From NCBI RefSeq assembly GCF_000002075.1, contig NW_004797415.1:848096-912095 (forward strand): 64,000 bases of DNA, in the 5' to 3' direction. Origin of the DNA: Aplysia californica. Its lineage: Eukaryota. Positions 41,715-55,200 of this stretch are shown here, in pieces. Each line of letters starts with the position of its first letter. Within the stretch, counting starts at the first letter, position 1. The translations under genes were made by a program, and so were the position numbers. The notes below the pieces were generated by a model. It ran no database searches. It had not been told where the DNA came from and saw only the letters and a list, made by a program, of their open reading frames with translations.

Positions 41715-44700
41715 AAGTTTGGTTTCATTGGTGTGTATGATTGGTTATAGAGAAAACTCTCTTTGTCTTTTAAAGAAACTGAACAAGGGTCCAAAAACTT
41801 TACCTTCGATTTTCTCAATACAGTATTTTTTGGGATAGCCCCCTTGTACTTAAAAGCGACCATTTTTAACACCATACTTGAATAAAGGCCTTAGTCAGAC
41901 TTAAACCAGATTCAAACTGACTTGTTGTGGCATCCCCTACCCGACAGCCCATCTTTATGGCTTAAGACAATCTATTTTGTTTGTTTGAGTAGAGAGAAGC
42001 ACATTGACACTATAACACAGACCTGTCAACTACTCCAAGAACAAAAAAGAGGAGTTTTCCTCAGGATCCTCCCCAAAAATATGAGCTTTACAAAAAAATC
42101 AAGCCCCCAGAACATCAGTAGATTAAGATTACACAAACAAACAGTGGAAAATAAACATGTATAGCAATTACATGCAAATAAAAATGTGTTCCATCACGTT
42201 ATTTACCATAAGCCACACAAATATTGCAAATAAACGAGAATAAAATGTGCATTTTCGCATCAATTACGACAAGTCGCATACAAACTCATGATGGGACATG
42301 GAATTCAAGAAAAATTACAGATTTTATACGAATTCGATCAGTTATTTGACAGGCATAAAAATAATAATAATCAGAGAGGTCTGATTTTATTGGAGTACTT
42401 GGCAGGTCTGCAGCATAATGGTTATGCAGTGCAGGAAAAAAGCAAGACAAACAGAAACAACCGAGGGAGAGGAAAGAAGTAGGGGCATTACAGTTGACCA
42501 CCACCCACAAAAGGCATAAATGCACCCAAAAAAACATCTTTTTTTTATTTTTAGATTTCAACAAAACCATGATGACTTACGTTGACCTGTATCATGGCAC
42601 ACTGACCATAAGTTCTATGCGAATCATATTTTTAAAATGCATCAACAAAGTTAAGAAAGAAAAGACTAAAACATGATAAACTCTTTTTTGATTATGAGAG
42701 TCATAAAATATTCTTTTTTAACCCGTCCAGCTGAATCTTTTCTGAAACAGAGAGAAAGAAATTCAAAAACGTTTCTTTTCAACATCAGCAAAGTTTTTCA
42801 TATGTTCATAAAAAATGGTAATACTGTAGCATTATTTGCAAAATGTTACCATTAGAAAGCGTAGACAACAAAATTTAATTTAATAATATTCACTTCGTAG
42901 TTCGTCAAAGTTACCCGCAGGAATACAATAGACTGTTAAAAAATTAATTTGAATATTAGTTGAGGCCAAAACAGGAAACAAATAAAATGTAATGCACATT
43001 TCGTAAACACTGGCCGTATATATAACACTCATAAACACTGGCCGTATATATAACACAAAATGCATGACAAAAACCGCCCAAAAACACCTTTCCAAACTCT
43101 CTACCATTCTTAAAATCTCCACATTTCCATCAAAGTTTGCAAAGAGAAACTTCACAGAAGAACAACATTTTGACTTGGGCTCAACACAAGAGTAAAAAAT
43201 AATGAAGCCCCCAGCTCCTGTCGGGCATTACTTTCTAAAGCTGACACATGAGACAAAAAGAACATACCGGGATAGGATCAACGGGTTCACATACAAAAAC
43301 ACTCCTTCCCCACACCCTCCCTCATTCTGTCTATCCCACTTCACAGCACTGGGCTGACGAGCAGATGCTTGCATGTGACAGGATCAACAATTAGAACAAA
43401 CCACTTAAAAGCATCCAGTCCAACAAACCAGACCCATCACATTCTAGACACACTTGCCAAGAAGTACCCTGAGGTTTAAAAAAAATTCTTTTAAGCATCT
43501 CTACATCAAGGTGACAAGTTCCGTAAATTATTCTGGTCAAAGTGATATGTTCATAAATCATTCATATAAAACAATAGGACTAGATCTAGTGGGAAACATC
43601 ATGTTTATGTGGGAAACAATATCAAAGCAAAAACAAAGTGCACGCGGGAAGCCTGAAAAATACAGACATTTGAATGTGATGACTAGATTGTCTCTATGTA
43701 TCTCATTATGTCATCACTCGGTCATCGCACGGGAACAGTTTTAACACAGAAGAATATTGTTCAACCCAGTCAAGAATTCATTGGGGACAAAACTGAAAAT
43801 TGAAATACATGGATAATTACAGAGACATCTTAAAACTCAACAAAATGCCTTAACAACTAAAAAGTGCACAAGCAAGCCTATGCTTAGCACTAAGATATGA
43901 CCAAGCCACATCTGCTTCAAGCTTATGCCTATTCCGATTGCACCCAATCTCAAGTGAGCAGATGCTTCCACCAGACTGGGGTAGAATTATAAAATGAAGA
44001 TCCTTTTGTCACAATATTAGATAGCAGTATTATAAACAAAGGACAATTATACGCTACGAACAACCAAAGACTTCAAGAATAGTAGGCTTGAATACATTTT
44101 GAGACTATGAAAGAACATGACAAACTTGTGAAGAATATATGTGTTACAACCACGACGAAACAATATTTCAGAAGAATGGCAGAATCGTCACCTCAAAGTT
44201 TCAGGAAAATTCTGGATTTTGACATTTTAATAAAAATATCACGTTACATAAATGGATGTCCACACATTACTTAAGTAACATCTGTTGTGCATTATGCCTG
44301 TCATCATACATACATAATATCACTGTGCATTTCACCTGTCAGCATGGTCAGCTGCGTTGTTATTATGCTAGACTACAATAAGCGGACAGACGTTCAAATC
44401 CCCAACAAGGGGTTTTCAACTTGCGCTGTTTTGGGGAGTTTTTATGGCTCTCCACCCACTTTGTCTGGTCCTATCGGAGATGGGCATCAAATTCAGAGAT
44501 CCCGTCTCTCCAATAATCTTCGTGTTAAAAGGGGCATTAAACCTGTACAATGACCAGCGACCCCTGCCAGCCATCTCTCTCTGCGAAAACATGAAAAAAT
44601 TTCCTTTGAGACTAGGTGTATTATACACAAATCTTCTGACGTAAGTGCTGCGAGAAAGGTCATACTTCAAGAAGCCGTCTTATAGACCCAGGCAGTCACA

Positions 44701-46118
44701 GTAGTCTTACGTAAGAATCCCCATCTGCCATCATAGATGACAAATATCAGTCTGAACCAACATGAAGATTCTCTCACTAACTGAAACCCATCGGCTTTAA
44801 TTGTCACCACTGGAGAGAACATAATCAATTTCTTAGAGGAGCTTGGATGACCTATGCTCTTGGGTGTAATTTGGTGATTTGTCACTGTTTTAGGCCCCCC
44901 TTGGCACAAGTTAGACCATTCATGAAGCAGGCTACTTCAACGCTGTCTGTCAGAGTCAACTCATGTTAAAAGGGATAAAACATCCTAGTAGACATACAGA
45001 TAAAAATAATAGTTCATCTATCAATTCCCGTCAATAACAAAGCAGAGAGAGCTAACCAATAAAATGACTCCACTTGGGAGTCACAATCATTCCTCAGCAT
45101 GTAAGAGCAAAGAGATGTACATTCAAACCAGCTCAAGATAATCACTTGTGCATACAACCAATTTCTACGTCCTTTCTTTTATGTTTTTATTATAATGACA
45201 CAGTTCAAACCGCCCACCTAAGACAACCATTTTCTTCCTCAACAATGGGTGGCTGTCTTGAACAATTTTAACTGTATCATTACAAAACAGATGCTAATGG
45301 TATTATTCAACTTGAATCAGAATTAACCCTGTCATATACAAAGCACTACTAGTGAAACAAATATTTCTGCTTCAGATGGTACAACTGACTTGAGCCATGT
45401 AATGAGCGCTGTAAGCCAGACAGGGACAAGCACTAAATAAATTAAATTCATCATATATAACCGGAAAAAGGATTTGCCTCATGAAAGGTTCGGTGGTAAT
45501 AAAAATGAAAAGCGAGTGGTTAACCTGAATACTAAAAGAATACATTCACTTCACTGTGAACATTCTAATTCTGTCAGTCAAAATGCAAATGTGTGTTCAA
45601 ATAATGAGGCACACATTTATTGGCAGTTTGAAAGTAGAAACACAAATTCTACTCCTATGGGTACCACACTAATCCTTTTTTTTTTCACAGTATCAATTTG
45701 GCACAGAAAATATGTGTACAAGTACAAAGAATGTTCCTGTACGACATAAAAGTTTGAACTGATAATATTACCTGCTTATACAGTTGGATTTCAGATGCAC
45801 CTTTGGGGGAGGGAGGGGGGGATGTGTTTGTGTGTTCTAACATAGGAACATAAGGGGGAAAAATACGATATAACAAGACTGACAACAATAACTTTTGAGT
45901 GACAATAGTCTTGAATAAGGGAACATCTTGACACATTCAGGACACTTCCCAGTATTGAAAACCCCTCCACATTTGACCCGTTTCCATAACAACGCTACAG
46001 ATCTCATTTCCTACTTCCAGCAATCTTGAGGCAGTTTAGTAACAAGAGTATTTCCTTTAATATTACATAACACCAAATCTCAACTGGTACTGAAGTCCTC
46101 AGGAACAAAGAAAGCCTT

Positions 46119-46213
46119 TCACGCGACTGTATCCTGCACACCCTCCACAGCCGATGGAGCTGAGTTATTCATCAAAGTCTCTTCCTGCCTGGCCTGTTCT
46201 GTTGCTGGCTCAT
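46119..46213 (-). CDS. MFSD6: MFSD6-B terminal coding exon 7 (DEPATEQARQEETLMNNSAPSAVEGVQDTVA*)
   Basis: ccacag|AT in phase 1; TGA at 46121-46119; homologous to gene A exon 7. Confidence 0.85.
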
Positions 46214-49200
46214 CTGTGGTGGTTACAAATATTCTTACAATTTTATATGAATTTTTTTAAAGAGCGAAGGGCAAATATATGTGGCATGATTAATGCTGAT
46301 GATGGTTCCTTTGTTGTTTCACAAATATTTCAAGTATTTTAAAATGAATGTCCAACAAAGAAAGAGATGTATATATGATACAACACATTTGTTTATCTGC
46401 TGTAATGCAAACATTTTAAGAATTTTGTATGATTTTTTTATATATAAGGAAAGGCTATTTTGGATTCAATTTATGCTGATAGCTGTTATATAGAATCCTA
46501 ATGATAAGGAGTAACAGCTAAGAGAGAAACCAGGATCCACAAAACATACATACACATCAAGTCATCACCCCCCCCCCCTCTCTGTCTATATTTTCCTCTT
46601 CCTCTCACTAATTCACTAACCCTTCCACTCAAAACTAATACATGACATGGTATCTATGGCCAAACACAGACACTGGTGACCATTGTGCTCTAGACATCTC
46701 AGCCTCAAAAACCCTGTTAAAATTTCATTGTCAAAGAGGTTGATCTTTACAGGCCAAAAATGCAGGTTTTGTTTAAGTCAAAGAGCAGCTCACCAACACA
46801 ATAACTTTCATTTAGTGCTTTAAAAAAAAGCAAGACATAGAGGCAGAAACAAAAGAGGGAGGATAACAAAGTAAGAACTACCATTGGCACCCTCCAACTA
46901 ACTGCTTAATATATGGCCAATCTTCTGAGGCAGAAAAGCCACCAAAAAACAACTCACCCCCTTCCGCTGACCCACGGCCTGCAGGTGAGTGGGACTTGAA
47001 CACGAACAAATTGAGAATGACGTAGATGACCAGAAGGACAACACAGGTTATGGAGAAGGTCCTCCATGTCCACCTTGGTCCAATGTTCTCAAACATGTAG
47101 CCCGTGATGAGGCTCCCGATACCTTTGCCTGCACACAGAGGAAATGACGTTTAGCTTGAGTAAAGAGAAGCACACCAACATGATAACAATCATCTAGGGC
47201 ACAGAAAAAGCAAGACAGAAACATCAGAGGGAAAACAAAAGTAGGGCCTGCCAGTTGTATCCTTCAACCATCTGCCGAGAAAAAGTTCATGATTTTCCCC
47301 TCTCGCTTCTTGATGAATCGACTGACCTTTTCCTCTTTCTTTCCTTCTCACACCCACCAATACTGATACATTAAATGAACACACAACATACCCATACAAA
47401 TTTTCCACTGTGCCAAAGCTGTAGTAAATAGAACTCTAAACAATAAAAATAACCAGTAAAAACAAAAACCATTAAAAAAAACCAAACTTGCAGATCTATC
47501 TAGACAGAATACTTAAACATGTCCCACACTTAAGAAAATTCTTTTTTTTTTTTGTAAGTGTTTTACGGCGCTCGCAACTGCATAAGGTCATATGAGCACG
47601 CGGGACACATTAAACTTTTTCAGTTGGTAGGAAATTTTGAATATAGCCCGGGTGGCGGCCGAAGCCCACTTTTATCGATTTTAGACCATCAAGGGATCTT
47701 ATCATCTTAAACGTGCGCAACTTGCACACGGGCCCTCCGAGATTTTTCGCCCTTGTCCAGTCAGTAGTATAAGGTTTTACGGCGCTCGCAACTGCTAAGG
47801 TCATATGAGCGCGCGAAACACAAGTTGTTCACCTCTGNNNNNNNNNNNNNNNNNNNNNNNNNNNNNNNNNNNNNNNNNNNNNNNNNNNNNNNNNNNNNNN
47901 NNNNNNNNNNNNNNNNNNNNNNNNNNNNNNNNNNNNNGGTGTAAACATTTTAATAAGCCCATTATTAGAGCCCTCAATGAGTCAGTGAGGCGCATAGGTT
48001 GAAACAGCCGCTTATAACCTGAAGGCGTAGTTTTTCACGGGATGTTGGTCTAAAACATATACAAGGCTCTCCAAAAGGCGCTCATTCTGATTAGATTTTA
48101 AAACATAGGCACAGCAAAGAATGTCAAATATAAATTTTTTAAAAAGACTGAGAGACAAAATGGTAGAAACAGATAAAGAGAAAGACAACAATGCAGAACA
48201 TCTTTAAAAGTGCACCTAACCATGGGCCTGTTTGGAGAATTAATATTGGTGATACTAGTTAGCTGAATCCTCAAATTCTTTCTCTAATCTTAAATGTTTA
48301 ATCCACTTCCAGAGAAAGTAAGAAGAGAAAAAAATAATTTTAAAGTGAGGATTAAAGGCAGTGTAACAAAAGAAAAAGATCAAAGAAAGAACTAAAAAAA
48401 AACCTGCTTCACCCTTACCAAGTCTCTTCTTCTCTATCTTTTCCTTCACATTCTCAAATCGTGGATCAAAACTCCCCCGACTGTCCTGCACCTTCTGCTG
48501 ATAAGAAAACTTCTGTTCTAGCTCTTGAATGTTGAAAGCACTCTTGCCTCTTCCACAGAGAACGCCTCCTAAAGAGGATTTAATGGACGTATCTTTTACA
48601 CCAGGGCTTGGCAAGCTGTCCCAAGAAAGGTCTTGAATGGACTGCACAAGGTTCTGAGCAATCGAATCCAGCTTGCTCAAAGTTTGAAACTGTACAGAAA
48701 GAGTTAGTCGATAACATAAATTTTAAATTAAAATGAAGACCCTTACTGAAACATTCACATATACAATATGAGCATCAATACCTTAAAGACAAACGTCATA
48801 ATATGAAGGAGCAAATAGCCTTTATCTGAGCTCATATCTTAGAATCACAAAATATAGCGCAGTGATTTTAAATGTGCAGTGTGCAAATTAAAACCCAATC
48901 TCATCAAGTACTTTTAATGACTAAATGGAAGGATGCATGTCACATTCCATCATATTATATCACTGTCTGTCATCTTCCCCACGACTACAGGCAAGTGGGA
49001 TGATAAGCCTTAAGGACAAATCCCATCTCTAAATGCCTCAGCTAATGATACCAGACTTACATCTTCAAAAAGTCTCGTCAATGTAGATATCGAAGTCAAG
49101 CTCCCTAGTCCACCAAAGGCATCCTTTAGAGGGTCAATAATATGCTCATACTGTGGATGAAATAATGTTATAGGCTCCATGGCTTAGAAGTAAAGTTGGG

Positions 49201-52200
49201 TCGGGCTCGCAAAATTAGCGCCCGCGGGTAACGAACTACCCGCTGGCACTACCCGCAAACGAGCGGACGGGTAACGAACCGTCCGTTTATGAAGAGTAGT
49301 TCGCTACTCGCTACACATCGTGCAGAGACAACAGTTTGTTTAGCGGGCGAGCGGACTGGCGGACCGAGAGACTCCATGCATTCGAACTGGCAGACGGACG
49401 GACGGGAACGACCCCTTCCATTGCCTACAACTTACAACCCCCCCCCCCAAAATAATTAATTAAAAAAATCACCCTCCTGCCTCACATTGTAGCTAGGCGT
49501 TCACGGCGGAAATTTTCGCCCCCCCCCCGCCTTTGCGATCTAATTAACAAACAATAGACGCTGGGTCTAATCTCGCGTCGAGTATCTCATCTGCTAGAGT
49601 TCATCCGTTCGCCCGCCCGCCCAGTGAATAAAATTGTGGAGCGGACCCAAAAAACGAACTGACTTGAGGCTTGAGGTCCGCAGTCCGCTCCCTGAGAGAG
49701 TCAAATTGTGGAGTGGACCCAAAAAACGAACTGTCTTGAGGTTCGCAGTTCGCTCTCATGGCCGTCCGTTACCCGTTCGCTCTGACTGAGTCCGCGAGTA
49801 ACGAACCCGTCCGTCCGCTCGCCCCAACTCTAAGTGAGGGGGTGTGTGCAGAAAGACAAAGAGGAGACGAAAGACGACAGAAAATTGCTAGAGCAGGAAA
49901 TGAGGTGAAAGGAGACAATTTTAGAGAAGAAAATTTTTCGGTCGCTACCGGATTCGAACCCGAGACTTTTGAATGAGAGGCCAACACCTTAACCTCTAGG
50001 CCACAAGAGCCACTGATAATTATTCAGAGGCTGGAGTGGTGAAGCAAAGCGTACTAAAAAGACAAACACCCCTCCCTCCTCCCAATCAAGATGGGCACAA
50101 ATCCAAGAATGACTAGTGTATCTGCTGAGGAGAATATTTTGTAAAGAAAAATAGAAGAAAGAAGAAGTAGGGATGTAACAATTAAGATATGCTGCTTTTG
50201 CTTTCGCATTGAGGCCAAATCTGGTACAGAAAAATGTGCCACATTTCAAGCATTCAAAAGTTCTATCTCCATCTAGCATAGCTGCCACTCAGAAATTTTT
50301 AAAAAGGAGGAAATTCACGCGAAAGCGTACGCGCGCTCTCCGAAACCAGTGAGATCCAGAGGCAATATATACTGGAAAATGTTTTGGAAGGGAAAACTGT
50401 CATATTGTTAACCATAGGCAACTGAATTAAAATGTATTTGAAAAAACCCCCATAAAGGCAGTAGGTTGACTAACAAGCATTCGAGTCAATTTGACACAGT
50501 TTGGACTTGGTGACTAAAAATCCAGTGTTTTTTGCCAGCTGGTGTCTCATAAAAAGATTTCTTTCACTTTAAACGTGTACATACATAGACGTAGAGCAGT
50601 ATCGGATCAAGGATACACAGGCACTCCTGTACAATTGCGGTCCCGTTTGCACTTAGTGCCCCTGTAGTGTGTTTCTTATTTAGAGATAAACTGAATAAAA
50701 ATTATAGCCTAGGCTATCTAATCTAGATCTAGATATATCTAAATATGTGTAGATCTAGATTATATCTAGAGATAGATTTTCTAGATCTAAATCTAGATCT
50801 AGATTCACTTCCGCAGCAGCCACAATAGCCGTCATGTAAACAAACGGGACCGCAATTGTACAGGACTGTAACAGGAGTGCCGCGGGCCGCGATTTCTTTC
50901 GAAAAAAACAGCTAGTTCAATTTTCTAATGAACTTTTCAAGTCGCACACCGGCTGCTTCTTTCTCATTCCAGCTCCTTTTATTTTTGCATTCTGAATCAA
51001 TTTCTCTCGAATTTCCGCCAATTTCAATGACAACTCGGCGCGCTAACGTCCCGATGCCCGATCGACACTGTGTTGCTCCACAACAATAAACAATGTGAAA
51101 CTAGCGCTGGGCCTAGAAGAACGGAAGTAGAAAGCTACGGGCGGACATGCGCAGACCGCGTTTTCGTCTCTCTCCCGGTTCGGTGTTTTCCGCGTGGAAA
51201 AAAAAGTATGAAATTTGCGACCAAGAGCGGTCCAGCGGAGGAAGGAGGAAAGTTGCGGGGAATGCTAGATGTAGCGGAGTTTCCGCTATTTAGCGGGAAA
51301 GCGGCAGCTATGATCTAGACCAAATAAGGTAGGACACATTAAATATTGTCAGTAGGTAGGAAATTTTGAATTTTGCCCGCGTGGTGGCCTACTCTTATTG
51401 ATTTTGGACAACCAAGGGATCTTTAACATGCACAACTTGTATACGGGATCTCAGGTTTTTCGCCCTTATTCAAGAAGGCTAAGTGTAGATCTTACCAACC
51501 ATAAGATCAGGGGTGTGGCTGAAAGACAGTGGTAAGGAGCCAAGGAGAAGCAGTAGAAAAGGCTGCAGAAAGAGTCAGGAGCCCAGAGGAAGGGGCAAAG
51601 GATGCGAGGGGGTAGGGGCAGAAAGTGGAGACAAAAGCAGACGACAGAACATTGCAAGAGAGCAGGAAAGTAGGTGAAAGGAGACAATTTTAGAGAAAAT
51701 TTTTTTTCTGTCACTGCCCGGATTCAAACCCGGGACCTTTGAATGAGAGGCGAACACCTTAACCTCTAGGCCACGAGAGCCCCCCCCCCCCCCCAGTAAG
51801 GTCTGATGTGGTGGAAAAAATCCTCTGCATATGTATTCCAAAACTCACCAAATCCGAACTGTAGCCCAGCCAGCAGGCCCTGTATGGTGGCCGACATTCC
51901 TGGAGGAGCGATGATGCTGGCGTAGGAGGAAGCAGCAGCGTACATGAGGGCCACAGTGACTCCGTGAGTGGGCTCCACCAGCAGCACCAGCCAGGGGTTG
52001 GAGAGAACGGAGTAGACCAGCAGGCGCACGGCATAGCACAGCAGGGCCAGGTACAAGCAGGACACCAGGCCGATTTTCTCGATGATCATCCCAGCTACCC
52101 ACAACATGGGCAGCTGTTCATGGAGGGAAAGAACAGAGAAAGGATAATGAAGTGGGCATGAGGAAAAGAGAAAAGAAAAGAAAATTTGATTGGGTTTCCT

Positions 52201-55200
52201 TTTTGTTCGTTTTAGTAAACTGTAAATACCTGAGTGACCAGCAATCCTGAGGCTGCAGGACAATAAAAGTCAACAACTCTCTCGATAAAAAGCATACACA
52301 TCACCACTACAATTTGAATGATTTTAATTGTATGAACATGAGTCTAGCAAACAAGCATTTTTTCTTCTACTGACAGGTTGTGAAAATTGGAGAATGTGGA
52401 TTAGATACAGAAAGTCAGACAGGTTAGTTTGTAAGTCAAGTATTCTCCTATCTAGCTTGTCCAAACAGAAGCGCCACTGGGAGACGGAATATACAGGTCA
52501 GTGGTCACTTAGGTGTTAGTTACTGACTGAGCACAGACTGCACGCTTAGAATTACTGTCAGAGCACACACTGCACATTTAGAACTGTTGGAAAACAGACT
52601 GCATATTTAGAATTGTGAGAGTAAAAACTGCACCCTTAGAACTGTTGGAATACAGACTGCATCCTTAGAACTGTTGGAATACAGACAGCACATTTAGAAC
52701 AGTCGGAGAACAGACTGCATACTTAAAACTGTCAAGAGTACAAACTGCACGTTTAGAAGTGCTGGAGAACAAACCGCACCCTTAGAACTTTTGGAAGACA
52801 GACTGAACACTTAGAACTGTTGGAGTAGACTCCACACTCAGAACTGTCAAGACTACAGGCTCCACACTTTGAATTATGTTCAACAAAAAGATCTAAAATA
52901 GAGGTCAACTTTGTGTGGAACTTTAACTAGAATTAAACTTTGAAATTCAGCTACAACATTTACATAATAATTTGGTCTCTAAAATGTCAGAAAGATAAAC
53001 TCACCTCTGAGCAGCAGTTGACCACCAGGATAAAGCCAAAGACCAACTTTGGACTTCCCAGACTTAAGAGATACCAGAACAGGAAAGCCTCCAGTCCACC
53101 CAGCAGCATACCAAAGAACATGACTACAGTAAGGAAAGCTAGGACTTCTGCATGGCTCAACAAATTGCGCACATTTTTTAAAAACTGGCCACATCTGGAA
53201 ATAAATAATATCAATTTAAGTACAACTGTTGAAGGAAATATATTTCATATATCAATCAAATGAAAGTGCAGATCTATGATATATAGGTAAATGAACAAAA
53301 AGCATGCCAAACATAATATTATATCAATTGAAAATGAATTGTTCAAGGAAAGAATTTCAAATTCCTTTAAATATAAAGTTATTTTTCATCAGAAATAAAC
53401 AATATGCTTAAAATATATGTAATATCAATCGAAACAGAACTGTAGAAGAAAAAGATTAAGACTTCACACACAATGGTCTCCGCCTCAGAACCTAACCATT
53501 GGCAGACAAAAAAAGTGGGTTTTAGGCAGAGCAGGTTTTTAGTTTTTTTTAAGGGGCACAACTCACTCAGGCCCTGCCAGTTTGCTTCCCTTATTTATTA
53601 TTTTGATCAAATATGGCCCATAAGCAACGCCCAAGGGAAGATAGAGTAGAGGTAAAGGTCATTTTGTCAAGTTTTTTGTTTTCTACAAGACTAATGTGTA
53701 CCCTTGTTTGTGAGTATTGCGTGTTACCGGTGCAAGTGAGAACAGGTGACTTCCGGCTCAGGCTTCTCAGTGAACTTATAAGATGCCACATGGTCACTGT
53801 GGTTGAAGCTATGAAAAAGAACCAGCTGCAATGCTGTACAAGAGAAGGGAAAGAATGACCAGTGAAGAGGCCAACTTTTACAAAGATGAACATAATCAGA
53901 AGCTCTGACTTCACAACAGGAACAAGTTATGGAATTCATGAACTACAGTGGAGTCAGCTTAAACCAAAATCTGCTGGACTGACGCATTATTTTGGTTTAT
54001 AGCTGTGTTTTCGGTTTAGAGAGATTGCTAAAACAGCGGAGATAAAAAAAATCAGGGATTCGATTTTTTTTCCCGGTTCATCGCTGCTTTCAGATTAATC
54101 ATCTTACGTATAAGTAAGTGGACTCCACTGTAATTGAAAACCAATTGAGCAACTGTCCCGCTCAACAGAGCTCATTTGCATGACTACCAAAACTTTCTGT
54201 GTAAATAGGCATGCAACTTGTAGGTCTCAGCGTCTGCTAGTTCGTCATGCCTCCCCCACTCCCTTTTCCTCTGCCCCTACTTTCCACCTGTTTCTCCTTC
54301 ATGTATTTGGCTGCGTCATTCAACAAGACAACGCCTTTGAAAGTTGGCACTGCCGCTTGAAACAAAATAGACAGAAGGAATGAGACTGCTCACTTCTTCC
54401 CTCCTACAAACAAACACCAATTGTTTTTTTAAAAATTGTTATGAAATTAGTAACACCAAACTTTGTGTACTGGTCTGGTCTTGGAGAGGGCCTGTTTGCT
54501 CGTGTTAAGTATGGCAAAGGACACTTAGAAAAGTTTATTGCCCAAACAAGTTTTTTAAGCAGATTTCAATTTCTACTACAGGTTCTTAGGCATGCAAATT
54601 ATAGAGAACAAAATTTCATTGCACACTAAAACAGTCTGGGTTCTCACACAGTCTTCTAAGGTGGAGACCACTGTACCTGTATCAAGTTGGTAAATTTATC
54701 AGGAACAAGCAAAGCGAGCTAGAGAGATAAAAATTAAAAAAGAAGTGTTGGAGGAAAGAGAATTCACATGTGTGGTGTACAAATTTATCAACAATTTTTA
54801 TTAAAAAGTAATGCATGTTAACAAAATGGTTATGTTAGAAGCTGAGGAGGCCACCAGTTTGAAAACATACATTTAATAACATAAATCTACCTTTCATACT
54901 ATTTGAACTCAAATAGAATCCCAAAATTAATTAACCCTTATTATTCATACTGTTGAACAATTTCATACAAAACCTGAGAAAGCCTAACACTATTATTCAT
55001 TAAAATAACAAAACTCACATGATATCAGAAGACATCTCTAGAAATCCAGCGACGATAGCTGATAAGACACAGAGAGGCAGGAATAAGTAAAACAGCACAG
55101 AGTATTCGCTGTCCTGGTCACCCTGCATGTGCAAGATGAAAGTCGCGGAAACAGCCCATATGGCAAATCCTAAGGTGCCCCACGCTCTCTGTTTCCCCCA

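Noticed and set aside
49989-50288. ORF with zinc-finger-like FECLKCGTFFCTRFGLNAK
   Set aside because: It lacks the His ligands, its start lies inside a transposon TIR, and removing the insertions places it directly in the intron after exon 5 with no acceptor. Likely chance.
52525-52872. CRISPR-like periodic ~30-bp repeats
   Set aside because: Contiguous degenerate units with no unique spacers, in a eukaryotic intron, with no cas genes. It is a minisatellite.
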